DNA of 64,000 bases from Thermosipho sp. (in: thermotogales) (GTDB taxonomy: Bacteria > Thermotogota > Thermotogae > Thermotogales > Fervidobacteriaceae): contig JACDNZ010000012.1 of the NCBI GenBank assembly GCA_017656345.1, positions 2,223 through 66,222 of the forward strand. Direction: 5' to 3'. Below, in pieces: positions 26,459 to 35,248 of the stretch. The translations under genes and the position numbers were made by a program. Positions within the stretch are counted from its first letter, which is position 1, and each line of letters begins with the position of its first letter. Under the pieces are notes generated by a model. It saw nothing but the letters and a program-made list of their open reading frames with translations. It was not told the DNA's origin and did no database searches.

Positions 26459-29101
26459 ATGAGCAAATGGGTTTATTTCTTTGCTAATGGCAAAGCTGAA
26501 GGCCGTGCAGACATGAAAGAAATTCTTGGTGGTAAAGGTGCAAACCTCGCCGAAATGACAAACCTTGGAATTCCAGTCCCGCCAGGCTTTACTATTTCTA
26601 CTGAAGTTTGTAAATACTATTATGATCATGGAAAAACTTACCCAGATGATTTAAAACAACAAGTTGACGAGGCATTAAAGAGATTAGAAGAAGTTACCGG
26701 AAAAAAACTTGGTGATCCAGAAAAACCTCTTCTTGTTTCCGTAAGATCAGGTGCGGCAGTTTCAATGCCAGGAATGATGGATACTATTTTAAATCTTGGA
26801 CTTAATGACGAAACTGTCGTTGGGCTTGCAAAACTTACAAATAATGAAAGATTTGCATTTGATGCTTACAGAAGATTTTTACAAATGTTTGGCGATACAG
26901 CTCTTGGAATTCCACATGCAGAATTTGAAAAGGCTCTTGAAGCAAGAAAAGAAGCAAAAGGAGTTAAATTAGACGTTGAACTCGATGCAGAAGATCTTAA
27001 AGCATTAGTTGAAGATTATAAAGAAATTTATAAAAAGCACGGTAAAGAATTCCCACAAGATACATATAAACAACTCTGGGCAGCTATTGATGCTGTTTTT
27101 GGTTCATGGATGAATGAAAGAGCTATTAAATACAGACAAATTAACAATATAAAAGAAGGAGAATTACTTGGTACCGCTGTCAACATTGTTACCATGGTAT
27201 TCGGAAATATGGGTGATGACTGTGGTACAGGTGTCTGTTTCACAAGGGATCCAAACACCGGTGAAAAAACACCATACGGTGAATTCTTACAAAATGCTCA
27301 AGGTGAAGACGTTGTCGCAGGTATAAGAACTCCAGTTCCTCTTGAAGAATTAAAGAAAATAAATGAAGATATTTATAATGAACTCCTTTCTATCATGGAA
27401 AGACTCGAAAAACACTATAAAGATATGCAAGATATTGAATTCACAATTGAAAAAGGAAAACTTTACATTCTTCAAACAAGAAACGGTAAAAGAACAAGTC
27501 AAGCTGCTATTAAAATAGCTGTTGATCTTGTTCACGAAGGCTTAATTGATAAAGAAACAGCTGTAATAAGAGTTAGACCTGAAGATGTTGAAAGAGTACT
27601 TCATGCTAAATTTGATGAAAACGAAATTAAAAACGCAAAAGTTATCGCAAAAGGTCTACCAGCATCACCAGGAGCAGCAACTGGTAGAGTTTACTTTGAT
27701 GCTGCCAAAGCTGAAGAAATGGTAGCAAATGGTGAAACTGTAATACTTGTAAGACCAGAAACAAGCCCTGAAGACGTTGGAGGAATGAACGCTGCAGAAG
27801 GTATTCTTACTGCAAGAGGTGGTATGACTTCACACGCAGCAGTTGTTGCAAGAGGTATGGGTAAACCAGCAGTTGTAGGTGCTGAAGAAATTGTCGTTGA
27901 TGAAGAAAAATTGGAATTCAGAGTAAATGATGTAGTTGTAAAAGAAGGAGAATGGATCTCCATAGATGGTACTACAGGAAACGTATACCTTGGAAAAATT
28001 ACCACAGTTAAACCTCAAGGTCTTGAAGGTCCTGTTGCAGAACTTCTAAGCTGGGCTGATGAAATTAGAAGACTTGGTGTAAGAACAAACGCAGACGTTC
28101 CAAGAGACGCAAAGGTTGCAAGAGACTTCGGAGCAGAAGGTATTGGACTTTGTAGAACTGAACACATGTTCTTTGAAAAAGATAGAATTCCAAAAGTTAG
28201 AAGAATGATTGTTGCAAAAACAAAAGAACAAAGAGAAGCTGCTCTTGCTGAATTACTTCCACTTCAAAAAGAAGATTTCAAAGGATTATTTAGAACAATG
28301 AAAGGCTTGCCAGTTACAATAAGACTTATCGACCCACCATTACATGAATTTTTACCACAGGATGAAGAACAATTAAAAGAAGTAGCAGATCAAATCGATA
28401 TTACTGTTGAAGAATTAAAATCAATTGTTGAACAATTGCATGAACTTAACCCAATGCTTGGTCATAGGGGTTGTAGACTTACAATAACATATCCAGAAAT
28501 TGCTGTAATGCAAACAAAAGCAATAATTGGAGCAGCAATTGAACTAAAGAAAGAAGAAGGAATAGATGTAATTCCAGAAATAATGATCCCACTTGTAGGA
28601 CATATCAATGAACTAAAATATGTAAAGAAAGTCGTCACCGAAACTGCAGACGAACTTATCAAAGAATCTGGCATCGAGCTCACATATAAAGTTGGTACAA
28701 TGATAGAAATTCCAAGAGCTGCAATTACTGCAGATCAAATTGCCCAAGAAGCTGAGTTCTTCAGTTTCGGTACAAATGACCTTACACAAATGACCTTTGG
28801 TTTCAGTAGAGACGATGTAGGAAAGTTCCTACCAGAATATCTTGAAAAAGGTATACTTGAACATGATCCATTCAAGAGCCTTGATTGGAATGGAGTAGGT
28901 CAATTAGTAAAAATGGGAACAGAAAAAGGTAAAGCATCCAGAAAAGATCTTAAAGTTGGAGTCTGTGGTGAACATGGTGGTGATCCTAGATCAATCCTCT
29001 TCTTCGATGCAGCAGGACTTGACTACGTAAGCTGTTCACCATATAGAGTTCCCGTAGCAAGACTTGCAGCAGCTCAAGCAACAATTAAAAATAGAAAATA
29101 A
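26459..29101 (+). CDS. ppdK: Pyruvate, phosphate dikinase
   Basis: 880 aa. GGKGANLAEM, phospho-His loop GGMTSHAAVVARG, C-terminal PEP-utilising TIM barrel (GLCRTEHMF, FSFGTNDLTQ, SCSP). Confidence 0.95.
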   Translation: MSKWVYFFANGKAEGRADMKEILGGKGANLAEMTNLGIPVPPGFTISTEVCKYYYDHGKTYPDDLKQQVDEALKRLEEVTGKKLGDPEKPLLVSVRSGAAVSMPGMMDTILNLGLNDETVVGLAKLTNNERFAFDAYRRFLQMFGDTALGIPHAEFEKALEARKEAKGVKLDVELDAEDLKALVEDYKEIYKKHGKEFPQDTYKQLWAAIDAVFGSWMNERAIKYRQINNIKEGELLGTAVNIVTMVFGNMGDDCGTGVCFTRDPNTGEKTPYGEFLQNAQGEDVVAGIRTPVPLEELKKINEDIYNELLSIMERLEKHYKDMQDIEFTIEKGKLYILQTRNGKRTSQAAIKIAVDLVHEGLIDKETAVIRVRPEDVERVLHAKFDENEIKNAKVIAKGLPASPGAATGRVYFDAAKAEEMVANGETVILVRPETSPEDVGGMNAAEGILTARGGMTSHAAVVARGMGKPAVVGAEEIVVDEEKLEFRVNDVVVKEGEWISIDGTTGNVYLGKITTVKPQGLEGPVAELLSWADEIRRLGVRTNADVPRDAKVARDFGAEGIGLCRTEHMFFEKDRIPKVRRMIVAKTKEQREAALAELLPLQKEDFKGLFRTMKGLPVTIRLIDPPLHEFLPQDEEQLKEVADQIDITVEELKSIVEQLHELNPMLGHRGCRLTITYPEIAVMQTKAIIGAAIELKKEEGIDVIPEIMIPLVGHINELKYVKKVVTETADELIKESGIELTYKVGTMIEIPRAAITADQIAQEAEFFSFGTNDLTQMTFGFSRDDVGKFLPEYLEKGILEHDPFKSLDWNGVGQLVKMGTEKGKASRKDLKVGVCGEHGGDPRSILFFDAAGLDYVSCSPYRVPVARLAAAQATIKNRK

Positions 29102-29116
29102 GTTTTTGAAATATTC

Positions 29117-29139
29117 AAAGGGCCCATTTGGGCCCTTTC
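29117..29139 (+). terminator. Terminator after ppdK
   Basis: AAAGGGCCC-attt-GGGCCCTTT stem-loop. The U-tract is short, so this is a weaker call. Confidence 0.6.
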
Positions 29140-29157
29140 ATTATCGGAGGTGTTCAG

Positions 29158-29613
29158 ATGAGCTTTTTGCTTCTCTCAATTACAACCTCGATTGTTGTCT
29201 ATGCATTCACAAAATCAATTTTGGCTTTCTTTCTAGTGTTAATTGGTGTATACTATTTATTGAGAGATAATGTAAAAATACAAAGTTTTCTAAGCCTTAC
29301 TTTTGTGTTGATAATGGCACTTACAATATTTTCGAAACTTCGCGGATACGAACCAAAAGGTTTGAATTTATTAATATTTGCAACATTTTTTTCTATCTTG
29401 TATGATTTGTTTAAAAAACCTGTATGGAGTTTACCCTTTTTTGGTTTATTAGGAATTGGAATCTCATATATTGGATCTATTAAATATGGCAATATAGGTT
29501 ATTTATTTGGACTTCTTATAATCCCTATCTTTATTAGAGAGTTTTCAAAAAGGGGGAATAAAGTTGAAAGTACTGATTCTGGCAGCAGGTCTAGGAAAGA
29601 GGATGAAATCTAA
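29158..29613 (+). CDS. Small integral membrane protein, unknown function
   Basis: About 151 aa with 4-5 TM helices. I moved the start to ATG 29158 (GGAGG 7 nt upstream), because the track start 29128 lies inside the ppdK terminator. The 3' end overlaps glmU by 50 nt. Confidence 0.6.
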   Translation: MSFLLLSITTSIVVYAFTKSILAFFLVLIGVYYLLRDNVKIQSFLSLTFVLIMALTIFSKLRGYEPKGLNLLIFATFFSILYDLFKKPVWSLPFFGLLGIGISYIGSIKYGNIGYLFGLLIIPIFIREFSKRGNKVESTDSGSRSRKEDEI

Positions 29614-30901
29614 ATACCCAAAAGTTATCCACAAAATTCTTGGTAAACCAATGATTAACTGGGTAATAGATACTGCAAGAGTGTTTGGAAAAGTTGGTGT
29701 GGTTCTTGGCTATAAAGCCGAAGAAGTTAAAAAATTTTTACCCGATGATATCGAAATTTACATTCAAGAAGAACAATTAGGGACTGGACATGCTGTATTG
29801 TGTGCAAAAGAATTTATTGATGAAAATGAAAATCTACTAATTTTATACGGTGATGTACCATTTATTTCACAAGTAACCCTTAAAAAATTGGAACAAGAAC
29901 ATTTAAAAATGAATAATGAAGTTACTATTCTCACAGCAATATTGGAAAATCCTGCTGGATATGGTAGGATTGTAAAAGAGGGAAATAAAATCAGAATCGT
30001 TGAAGACAAAGATGCTACTTCAGAAATCAAAGAAATTAAGGAAATAAACACTGGAATTTATATTTTTAATGGAAAATTTATAAAGAAAAATTTAGATAAT
30101 CTTAACAACAAAAATGCTCAAGGAGAGTATTATTTAACTGATGTAGTAAGTTTTGCCGAAAAAGTTTCTACAGTAATAACTGAAGACATTTTTGAGGTAA
30201 CTGGAATTAATGATAAAGTTCAGCTGGCAAAACTTGAAAAAGAAATGCGAAAAAGAATAAACGAAAAATTAATGCTTGAAGGGGTTAGAATAATCGACCC
30301 TGAAGTTGTTTATATTGAACCGAATGTGAAAATTGGAAAAGATACTATAATTTATCCTTTTACATTCATTGAAGGTGAAACAGAAATTGGTGAAGATTGT
30401 GAAATTGGGCCAATGACAAGAATAAAAGATTCGAAAATAGGTAATAATGTTAAAATAAATAGGTCGGAAATTGAAAAAACTATAATAGAAGATAATGTTT
30501 CAGTAGGTCCTTTTTCAAGATTAAGAGAAGGAACACATTTGAAAAATAAAGTAAAAATCGGAAATTTTGTTGAAACAAAAAAGACTTTAGTTGGAGAAAA
30601 TACTAAAGCACAACATTTAACTTATCTGGGTGATGCAACAATCGGAAAGGACGTAAACATTGGTGCAGGAACCATAACTTGTAATTACGACGGCAAGAAA
30701 AAACATCCAACAACAATTGAAGATGGTGCATTTATTGGAAGTAATAATTCACTGGTTGCACCAGTAAAAATTGGGAAAAATGCAATTACAGGGGCTGGTT
30801 CAGTAATAACCAATGATGTACCAGATGATTCATTAGCATTAGGTCGTGCAAGGCAAATAAATAAAGAAGGTTGGGTAAAAAATAAAAGGGAGGAAAAGTA
30901 A
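29564..30901 (+). CDS. glmU: Bifunctional UDP-N-acetylglucosamine pyrophosphorylase / GlcN-1-P acetyltransferase
   Basis: 445 aa. LILAAGLGKRMKS, followed by C-terminal left-handed beta-helix hexapeptide repeats. TTG start. Confidence 0.9.
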   Translation: MKVLILAAGLGKRMKSKYPKVIHKILGKPMINWVIDTARVFGKVGVVLGYKAEEVKKFLPDDIEIYIQEEQLGTGHAVLCAKEFIDENENLLILYGDVPFISQVTLKKLEQEHLKMNNEVTILTAILENPAGYGRIVKEGNKIRIVEDKDATSEIKEIKEINTGIYIFNGKFIKKNLDNLNNKNAQGEYYLTDVVSFAEKVSTVITEDIFEVTGINDKVQLAKLEKEMRKRINEKLMLEGVRIIDPEVVYIEPNVKIGKDTIIYPFTFIEGETEIGEDCEIGPMTRIKDSKIGNNVKINRSEIEKTIIEDNVSVGPFSRLREGTHLKNKVKIGNFVETKKTLVGENTKAQHLTYLGDATIGKDVNIGAGTITCNYDGKKKHPTTIEDGAFIGSNNSLVAPVKIGKNAITGAGSVITNDVPDDSLALGRARQINKEGWVKNKREEK

Positions 30902-30902
30902 A

Positions 30903-31853
30903 ATGCAAATTCCAAAAAATGAAATGAAAATATTTTCTGGAAACGCTAATAGACAGCTCGCAATGAAAGTTGCGGACTACATAGGTACAAGACTTTCAGA
31001 TTGTGAAATTGGAAGATTTGCTGATGGGGAGATTAATGTTAAAATCGGGGAAACTGTAAGAGGACATGACACTTTTATTATTCAACCTACCTGTCCTCCT
31101 GTAAATGAAAACTTAATGGAATTACTTATCGTAATTGATGCATTAAAAAGAGCATCTGCAAATAGTATTGCTGTTGTTATTCCATACTACGGTTATGCTA
31201 GACAAGATAGAAAAGCAAAAGGTAGAGATCCAATTACTGCAAAACTCGTTGCAAATTTATTAACTATCGCAGGAGCAACAAGAGTAATGACAGTTGATTT
31301 ACATTCGGAGCAGATTCAGGGATTCTTTGATATACCACTTGATAATTTGCTTTCTTTCCCAATCTTCATTAAAGCTCTTAAAGAAGACAAAATAATAGAA
31401 GATGATTATGTAATAGTTTCACCAGATGTTGGTGGTGTAAAAAGAGCAAGACAATTTGCCGAAAGATTGGGTGGACCACTTGCTATTCTGGATAAAAGAA
31501 GGCCAAAAGACAATGTTGCCGAAATTTTACATATAATTGGTGACGTTGAAGAAAAAACAGCTATTATAGTTGATGATATAGTTGACACTGCTAGATCATT
31601 AGTAAATGCTGCGGCAGCTTTAAAAGAAAATGGTGCGAAAAAAGTCATCGCATGTATTACTCATCCAGTTCTATCAGGCGATGCAGTTGAAAGAATTAAA
31701 AATTCTGACATAGAAAAAATTTATATTTCTGACTCGATTTATCAAAACAATTTACCTGAAAAATTCAAAGTAGTTTCTCTAGCTCCGTTACTTGGAGAAG
31801 CTATTATGAGAGTAAGAAAGAACTTGTCTGTAAGTATTTTGTTTAGACAATAA
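30903..31853 (+). CDS. prs: Ribose-phosphate pyrophosphokinase
   Basis: 316 aa. PYYGYARQDRK and the PRPP-binding loop VDDIVDTARS. Confidence 0.95.
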   Translation: MQIPKNEMKIFSGNANRQLAMKVADYIGTRLSDCEIGRFADGEINVKIGETVRGHDTFIIQPTCPPVNENLMELLIVIDALKRASANSIAVVIPYYGYARQDRKAKGRDPITAKLVANLLTIAGATRVMTVDLHSEQIQGFFDIPLDNLLSFPIFIKALKEDKIIEDDYVIVSPDVGGVKRARQFAERLGGPLAILDKRRPKDNVAEILHIIGDVEEKTAIIVDDIVDTARSLVNAAAALKENGAKKVIACITHPVLSGDAVERIKNSDIEKIYISDSIYQNNLPEKFKVVSLAPLLGEAIMRVRKNLSVSILFRQ

Positions 31854-31886
31854 TAACCCATAAAATAAAAAAAAGGAGGTTATATC

Positions 31887-32543
31887 ATGGAACATAGGCT
31901 GGAAAGCCTTACAAGGTCTATTGTGGGCAAAAAAAGAGCCATAAGAAGGCTGCGGAGACAAGGATTTGTCCCAGGAATTGTTTATGGCCCAGATGTAGAA
32001 CCTTTGGCAATTTCTATTAAGAAAACTAACTTAGTCAAGCTTCTTCACGAAGTAACTGAATCAAGTCTCATTAAATTGACAGTAAAAGATGAAAACGGAA
32101 AAGAAGTTTTCAAACACGAAGTTTTCATCAAAAATGTTCAATACGACAAATTAACTGACGAAGTAAAACATATTGATTTCTATGCTCCTGAAAAAGGACA
32201 CAAAATGTCCATTAAAATTCCTATTGAAATTATCGGAAAACCTGTAGGAGCTGAAAAGGGCGGAATACTTGAAGTTATCCATCATGAACTTCCAGTCGAA
32301 ACAATTCCATCTGTCGTACTTGAAAAATTAGAAATCGATGTTTCAAATCTCGACTTAAATGAGTCTATTCATGTAAAAGATCTTAAACTCCCTGAAGGTA
32401 TGAAACCCGAAATTCCAGAAGAAGAAATAATTGTAACAATAGCAGCTCCAAGAGGACTCGAAGTAGAAGAAACTGCAGCTGAAGAAGAGGAAGAAAATGT
32501 AGAACCAGAAGTTATAGAAAAAGGTAAAAAGGAGGAAGAATAA
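31887..32543 (+). CDS. rplY: 50S ribosomal protein L25 / general stress protein Ctc
   Basis: 218 aa. [12 protein letters not shown] at the N-terminus and an acidic C-terminal tail. Confidence 0.9.
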   Translation: MEHRLESLTRSIVGKKRAIRRLRRQGFVPGIVYGPDVEPLAISIKKTNLVKLLHEVTESSLIKLTVKDENGKEVFKHEVFIKNVQYDKLTDEVKHIDFYAPEKGHKMSIKIPIEIIGKPVGAEKGGILEVIHHELPVETIPSVVLEKLEIDVSNLDLNESIHVKDLKLPEGMKPEIPEEEIIVTIAAPRGLEVEETAAEEEEENVEPEVIEKGKKEEE

Positions 32544-32544
32544 T

Positions 32545-33093
32545 ATATTTTTAATCATAGGACTAGGAAATCCTGGCCCACGTTATGCCTTCACAAGGCA
32601 TAACGTGGGTTTTATGTTTTTGGATAGATTATCCACTAATTGGAAAAAACAAAACAATTTTTACCAATCAAAAATAATAATCAATGATAAAGAATTGTTG
32701 TTAATCAAACCCTTGACCTATATGAATTTAAGTGGAGAAATTTTTAATTATATCAACCCAAACGATTTTAATGATATAATTGTCATATACGATGATGTAA
32801 GCATTAATTTAGGCAAAATTAGGATCAGAAAAAAAGGTTCAGATGGCGGGCACAACGGCTTAAAATCTATTATATCTTTTATCGGTGAACATTTTTCGAG
32901 AATAAGAATAGGTATTGGACCCAAACCTCAAGAAATTGATTTGGTAAATTTTGTTCTAGGAGAATTTACCAACAAGGAATTAATGATCATTAATAAAGTT
33001 CTGGATACCACAAAAGAAGCTCTTGAAACAATTATAACTGAAGGAATCGATAAAGCTATGAGCAAATTTAACTCTATTGAGGTGACATTGTGA
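32545..33093 (+). CDS. pth: Peptidyl-tRNA hydrolase, probably initiating at a non-canonical ATA
   Basis: The track ORF (GTG 32605) lacks the conserved N-terminus. The same frame is open from 32518 and encodes [23 protein letters not shown] (GLGNPG motif and catalytic His). It has no ATG/GTG/TTG, but ATA 32545 lies 9 nt after GGAGG (32531-32535). The exact start is uncertain. Confidence 0.7.
   Translation: MFLIIGLGNPGPRYAFTRHNVGFMFLDRLSTNWKKQNNFYQSKIIINDKELLLIKPLTYMNLSGEIFNYINPNDFNDIIVIYDDVSINLGKIRIRKKGSDGGHNGLKSIISFIGEHFSRIRIGIGPKPQEIDLVNFVLGEFTNKELMIINKVLDTTKEALETIITEGIDKAMSKFNSIEVTL
32577..32621 (+). promoter_or_regulatory. Terminator-like hairpin inside the pth 5' coding region
   Basis: Perfect 13-bp stem CCCACGTTATGCC / GGCATAACGTGGG (32577-32589 and 32597-32609) with 7-nt loop TTCACAA. 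TTTTATGTTTTT follows. It lies 34 nt after the rplY stop. Confidence 0.6.
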
Positions 33094-33518
33094 AATGTAG
33101 TCGTTGTGGAAGGTCCTCAGAATTTTTACTTAAAACTGAAATTGACGGAATTGAAAAAAGAATATCATTTTGTAAAAACTGTCTGATTGAAACACTGAAA
33201 TTCGATACCACGAATTACACGAAAGCTGGTGTAGAGTTACTAGCATCACATGTTGAATTTGCTGAAGAAATAAAAACAAACTCTGATATTTTTATTTCAA
33301 ATAATCTTGAAATATTAACGTTAATGCCTATAGCCATACAATCAGCTTTATTTAAAGGTGATGAATTTTCTAAATCAAGAACACTAAAAGAAATAAATAT
33401 AAGACAAATTTATTTTTTAAAGCAAAGATTAAAAAAAGCATTGAGAAATGAAAATTATGAACTTGCAAATGCCTTAAAAAAACAAATAAAACACCTTGAA
33501 AATATGTCAGAAATTTAA
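33090..33518 (+). CDS. Zinc-ribbon + UVR-motif protein (McsA-like)
   Basis: 142 aa. CSRCGR...CKNC at the N-terminus. The C-terminal [24 protein letters not shown] resembles the UvrB/UvrC (UVR) motif. GTGA overlap with pth. Confidence 0.6.
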   Translation: MKCSRCGRSSEFLLKTEIDGIEKRISFCKNCLIETLKFDTTNYTKAGVELLASHVEFAEEIKTNSDIFISNNLEILTLMPIAIQSALFKGDEFSKSRTLKEINIRQIYFLKQRLKKALRNENYELANALKKQIKHLENMSEI

Positions 33519-33617
33519 TTTTTTGGCGATTATCATTGTTTTTAGCCTTCCAACCTTTTAGTTTCTCTCTTTTTAATACTTCTCGTCAAAATGGTAAAAT
33601 ATTAATTGGTGAAAAAA

Positions 33618-35237
33618 ATGGCTATAATAATTATTTCAATATTTATTTTTGTTTTTACAATTCTACCGGCAATTTATGCCGTATTTTCAACATTTATAAT
33701 CGATAACAGCTTTTCTTTTTCATTCCTAATCCAAACTTTAAAGGCTTCCTATTTTTACCAAAGCCTTTTTATTTCATTCATATACTCGCTTACCGTTACC
33801 CTAATTAGTACTTTTTCAGCATTTTTCCTGGCAAAATGGATAAAGAAATATAAATTTATATTATTTTTCCTTTCCATTGTCTGGGTAATCCCAACATATA
33901 TTGGTATTCCGTTATGGAGAGCAATCATTGAAAAAACCAAAATTATTAATTTATATTTAAATCCTGTCCACTCATTTCTTTCAGCATCATTAATTTCTAG
34001 TTGGTTTTTAATTCCCTTTTCTGCATTTTTCTTTTACACAATTTTTGAAAAAATTAATAAAAAATATTATGAAGCATATTTGCTTGAATCTAATAATCTT
34101 ACTATTTACTATTTAAGAATAGTTTTTCCAAACGTCAGAAATGAATTTTATTCAATATTGCTCCTGAACTTTATAAATGCATTTAAAGACTTTCAAACAC
34201 CGTGGCTCCTAACTGAAGGTGGTGCTCCTACAAAATTTGGCATTACTTCAAAAGGAGTAATTGGTGCAACAACAAACCTTGAAGTATTAATCTACAAATT
34301 TTTCAATTCTGAAACCAACATAAATGAATTAGGGGCTGTTTCCACATTAACAATTATATTTATATCCCTTTTAATTTTTGCATGGTATAAACTCAAAAAT
34401 AGTCCATTTAAAACAAAAAAAGAAAAAATTCCTCTCAGAAAAATAAAATTTCTAACTTTTTTGGAAGTTCCATTACTTTATGTTTGGTTTTTTTCCATTG
34501 TCATTTTATTATTTTCAATCCTTTTCCTCTCATTTTCAGATTCAGCAAACATTTTCTTAAAAGGTAATTTTACATTAAAAAATTTCAATTTTATAATTTC
34601 TGATAACTTTTTAATAGCAGTAAAAAATTCTCTTATTATTGCTATTTCAACTGGCCTTTTCACAACTTTTCTTTCAGCACTTTTTGCATATAAATTTTCT
34701 TCTTCTAAAAACATCGAAAAAATGCTATCTTTTTTAAATTCACTAAAAATTATTACCGGTATTCATTTATTAGTATTTATCTTTTTTATCATGGCAAAAT
34801 TAAAACTTTTAAATACTTTAACCTCTATAATATTGCTTTCCGTTTCAAGAGAATTGCCTCTTGGTGCTTTGCTCTTTTACTCTTTTTACAAAAACTTTCC
34901 GAAAGAAATTTATCTTTTGTCAAAAATAGACGGGATTTCATCGAATACCTTTTTTTGGAAAATTCTTTTGCCCAATAGCATTCCAATATTAACTTCCATA
35001 TTCTTACTAGGATTTTTAGCTAGTTTTAATGCTTTTCTCTCACCTCTAATATTATTATTTGATGAATCAAAGTATCCAATAAGCATTAAATTATTTAATT
35101 ATGTTGGAACAATAAGTAATCATTATCCAGAATGGAACAATTTTGCAGCGGGCTCTATTATCAACTTATTAATTCTAACTATTGTAATCTTTTCATTAAG
35201 AAAATTTATAAATTTTTCATATCTTAAAGATTTGTAG
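33618..35237 (+). CDS. Fused two-domain ABC importer permease (MalF-like + MalG-like, CUT1 type)
   Basis: About 539 aa with about 12 TM helices. The first half has the ...FKDFQTPWLLTEGGAP motif and the second half has ILLPNSIPILTS...FNAFLSPLILL. Start taken at ATG 33618. Confidence 0.75.
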   Translation: MAIIIISIFIFVFTILPAIYAVFSTFIIDNSFSFSFLIQTLKASYFYQSLFISFIYSLTVTLISTFSAFFLAKWIKKYKFILFFLSIVWVIPTYIGIPLWRAIIEKTKIINLYLNPVHSFLSASLISSWFLIPFSAFFFYTIFEKINKKYYEAYLLESNNLTIYYLRIVFPNVRNEFYSILLLNFINAFKDFQTPWLLTEGGAPTKFGITSKGVIGATTNLEVLIYKFFNSETNINELGAVSTLTIIFISLLIFAWYKLKNSPFKTKKEKIPLRKIKFLTFLEVPLLYVWFFSIVILLFSILFLSFSDSANIFLKGNFTLKNFNFIISDNFLIAVKNSLIIAISTGLFTTFLSALFAYKFSSSKNIEKMLSFLNSLKIITGIHLLVFIFFIMAKLKLLNTLTSIILLSVSRELPLGALLFYSFYKNFPKEIYLLSKIDGISSNTFFWKILLPNSIPILTSIFLLGFLASFNAFLSPLILLFDESKYPISIKLFNYVGTISNHYPEWNNFAAGSIINLLILTIVIFSLRKFINFSYLKDL

Positions 35238-35248
35238 GAGGTGGATAT

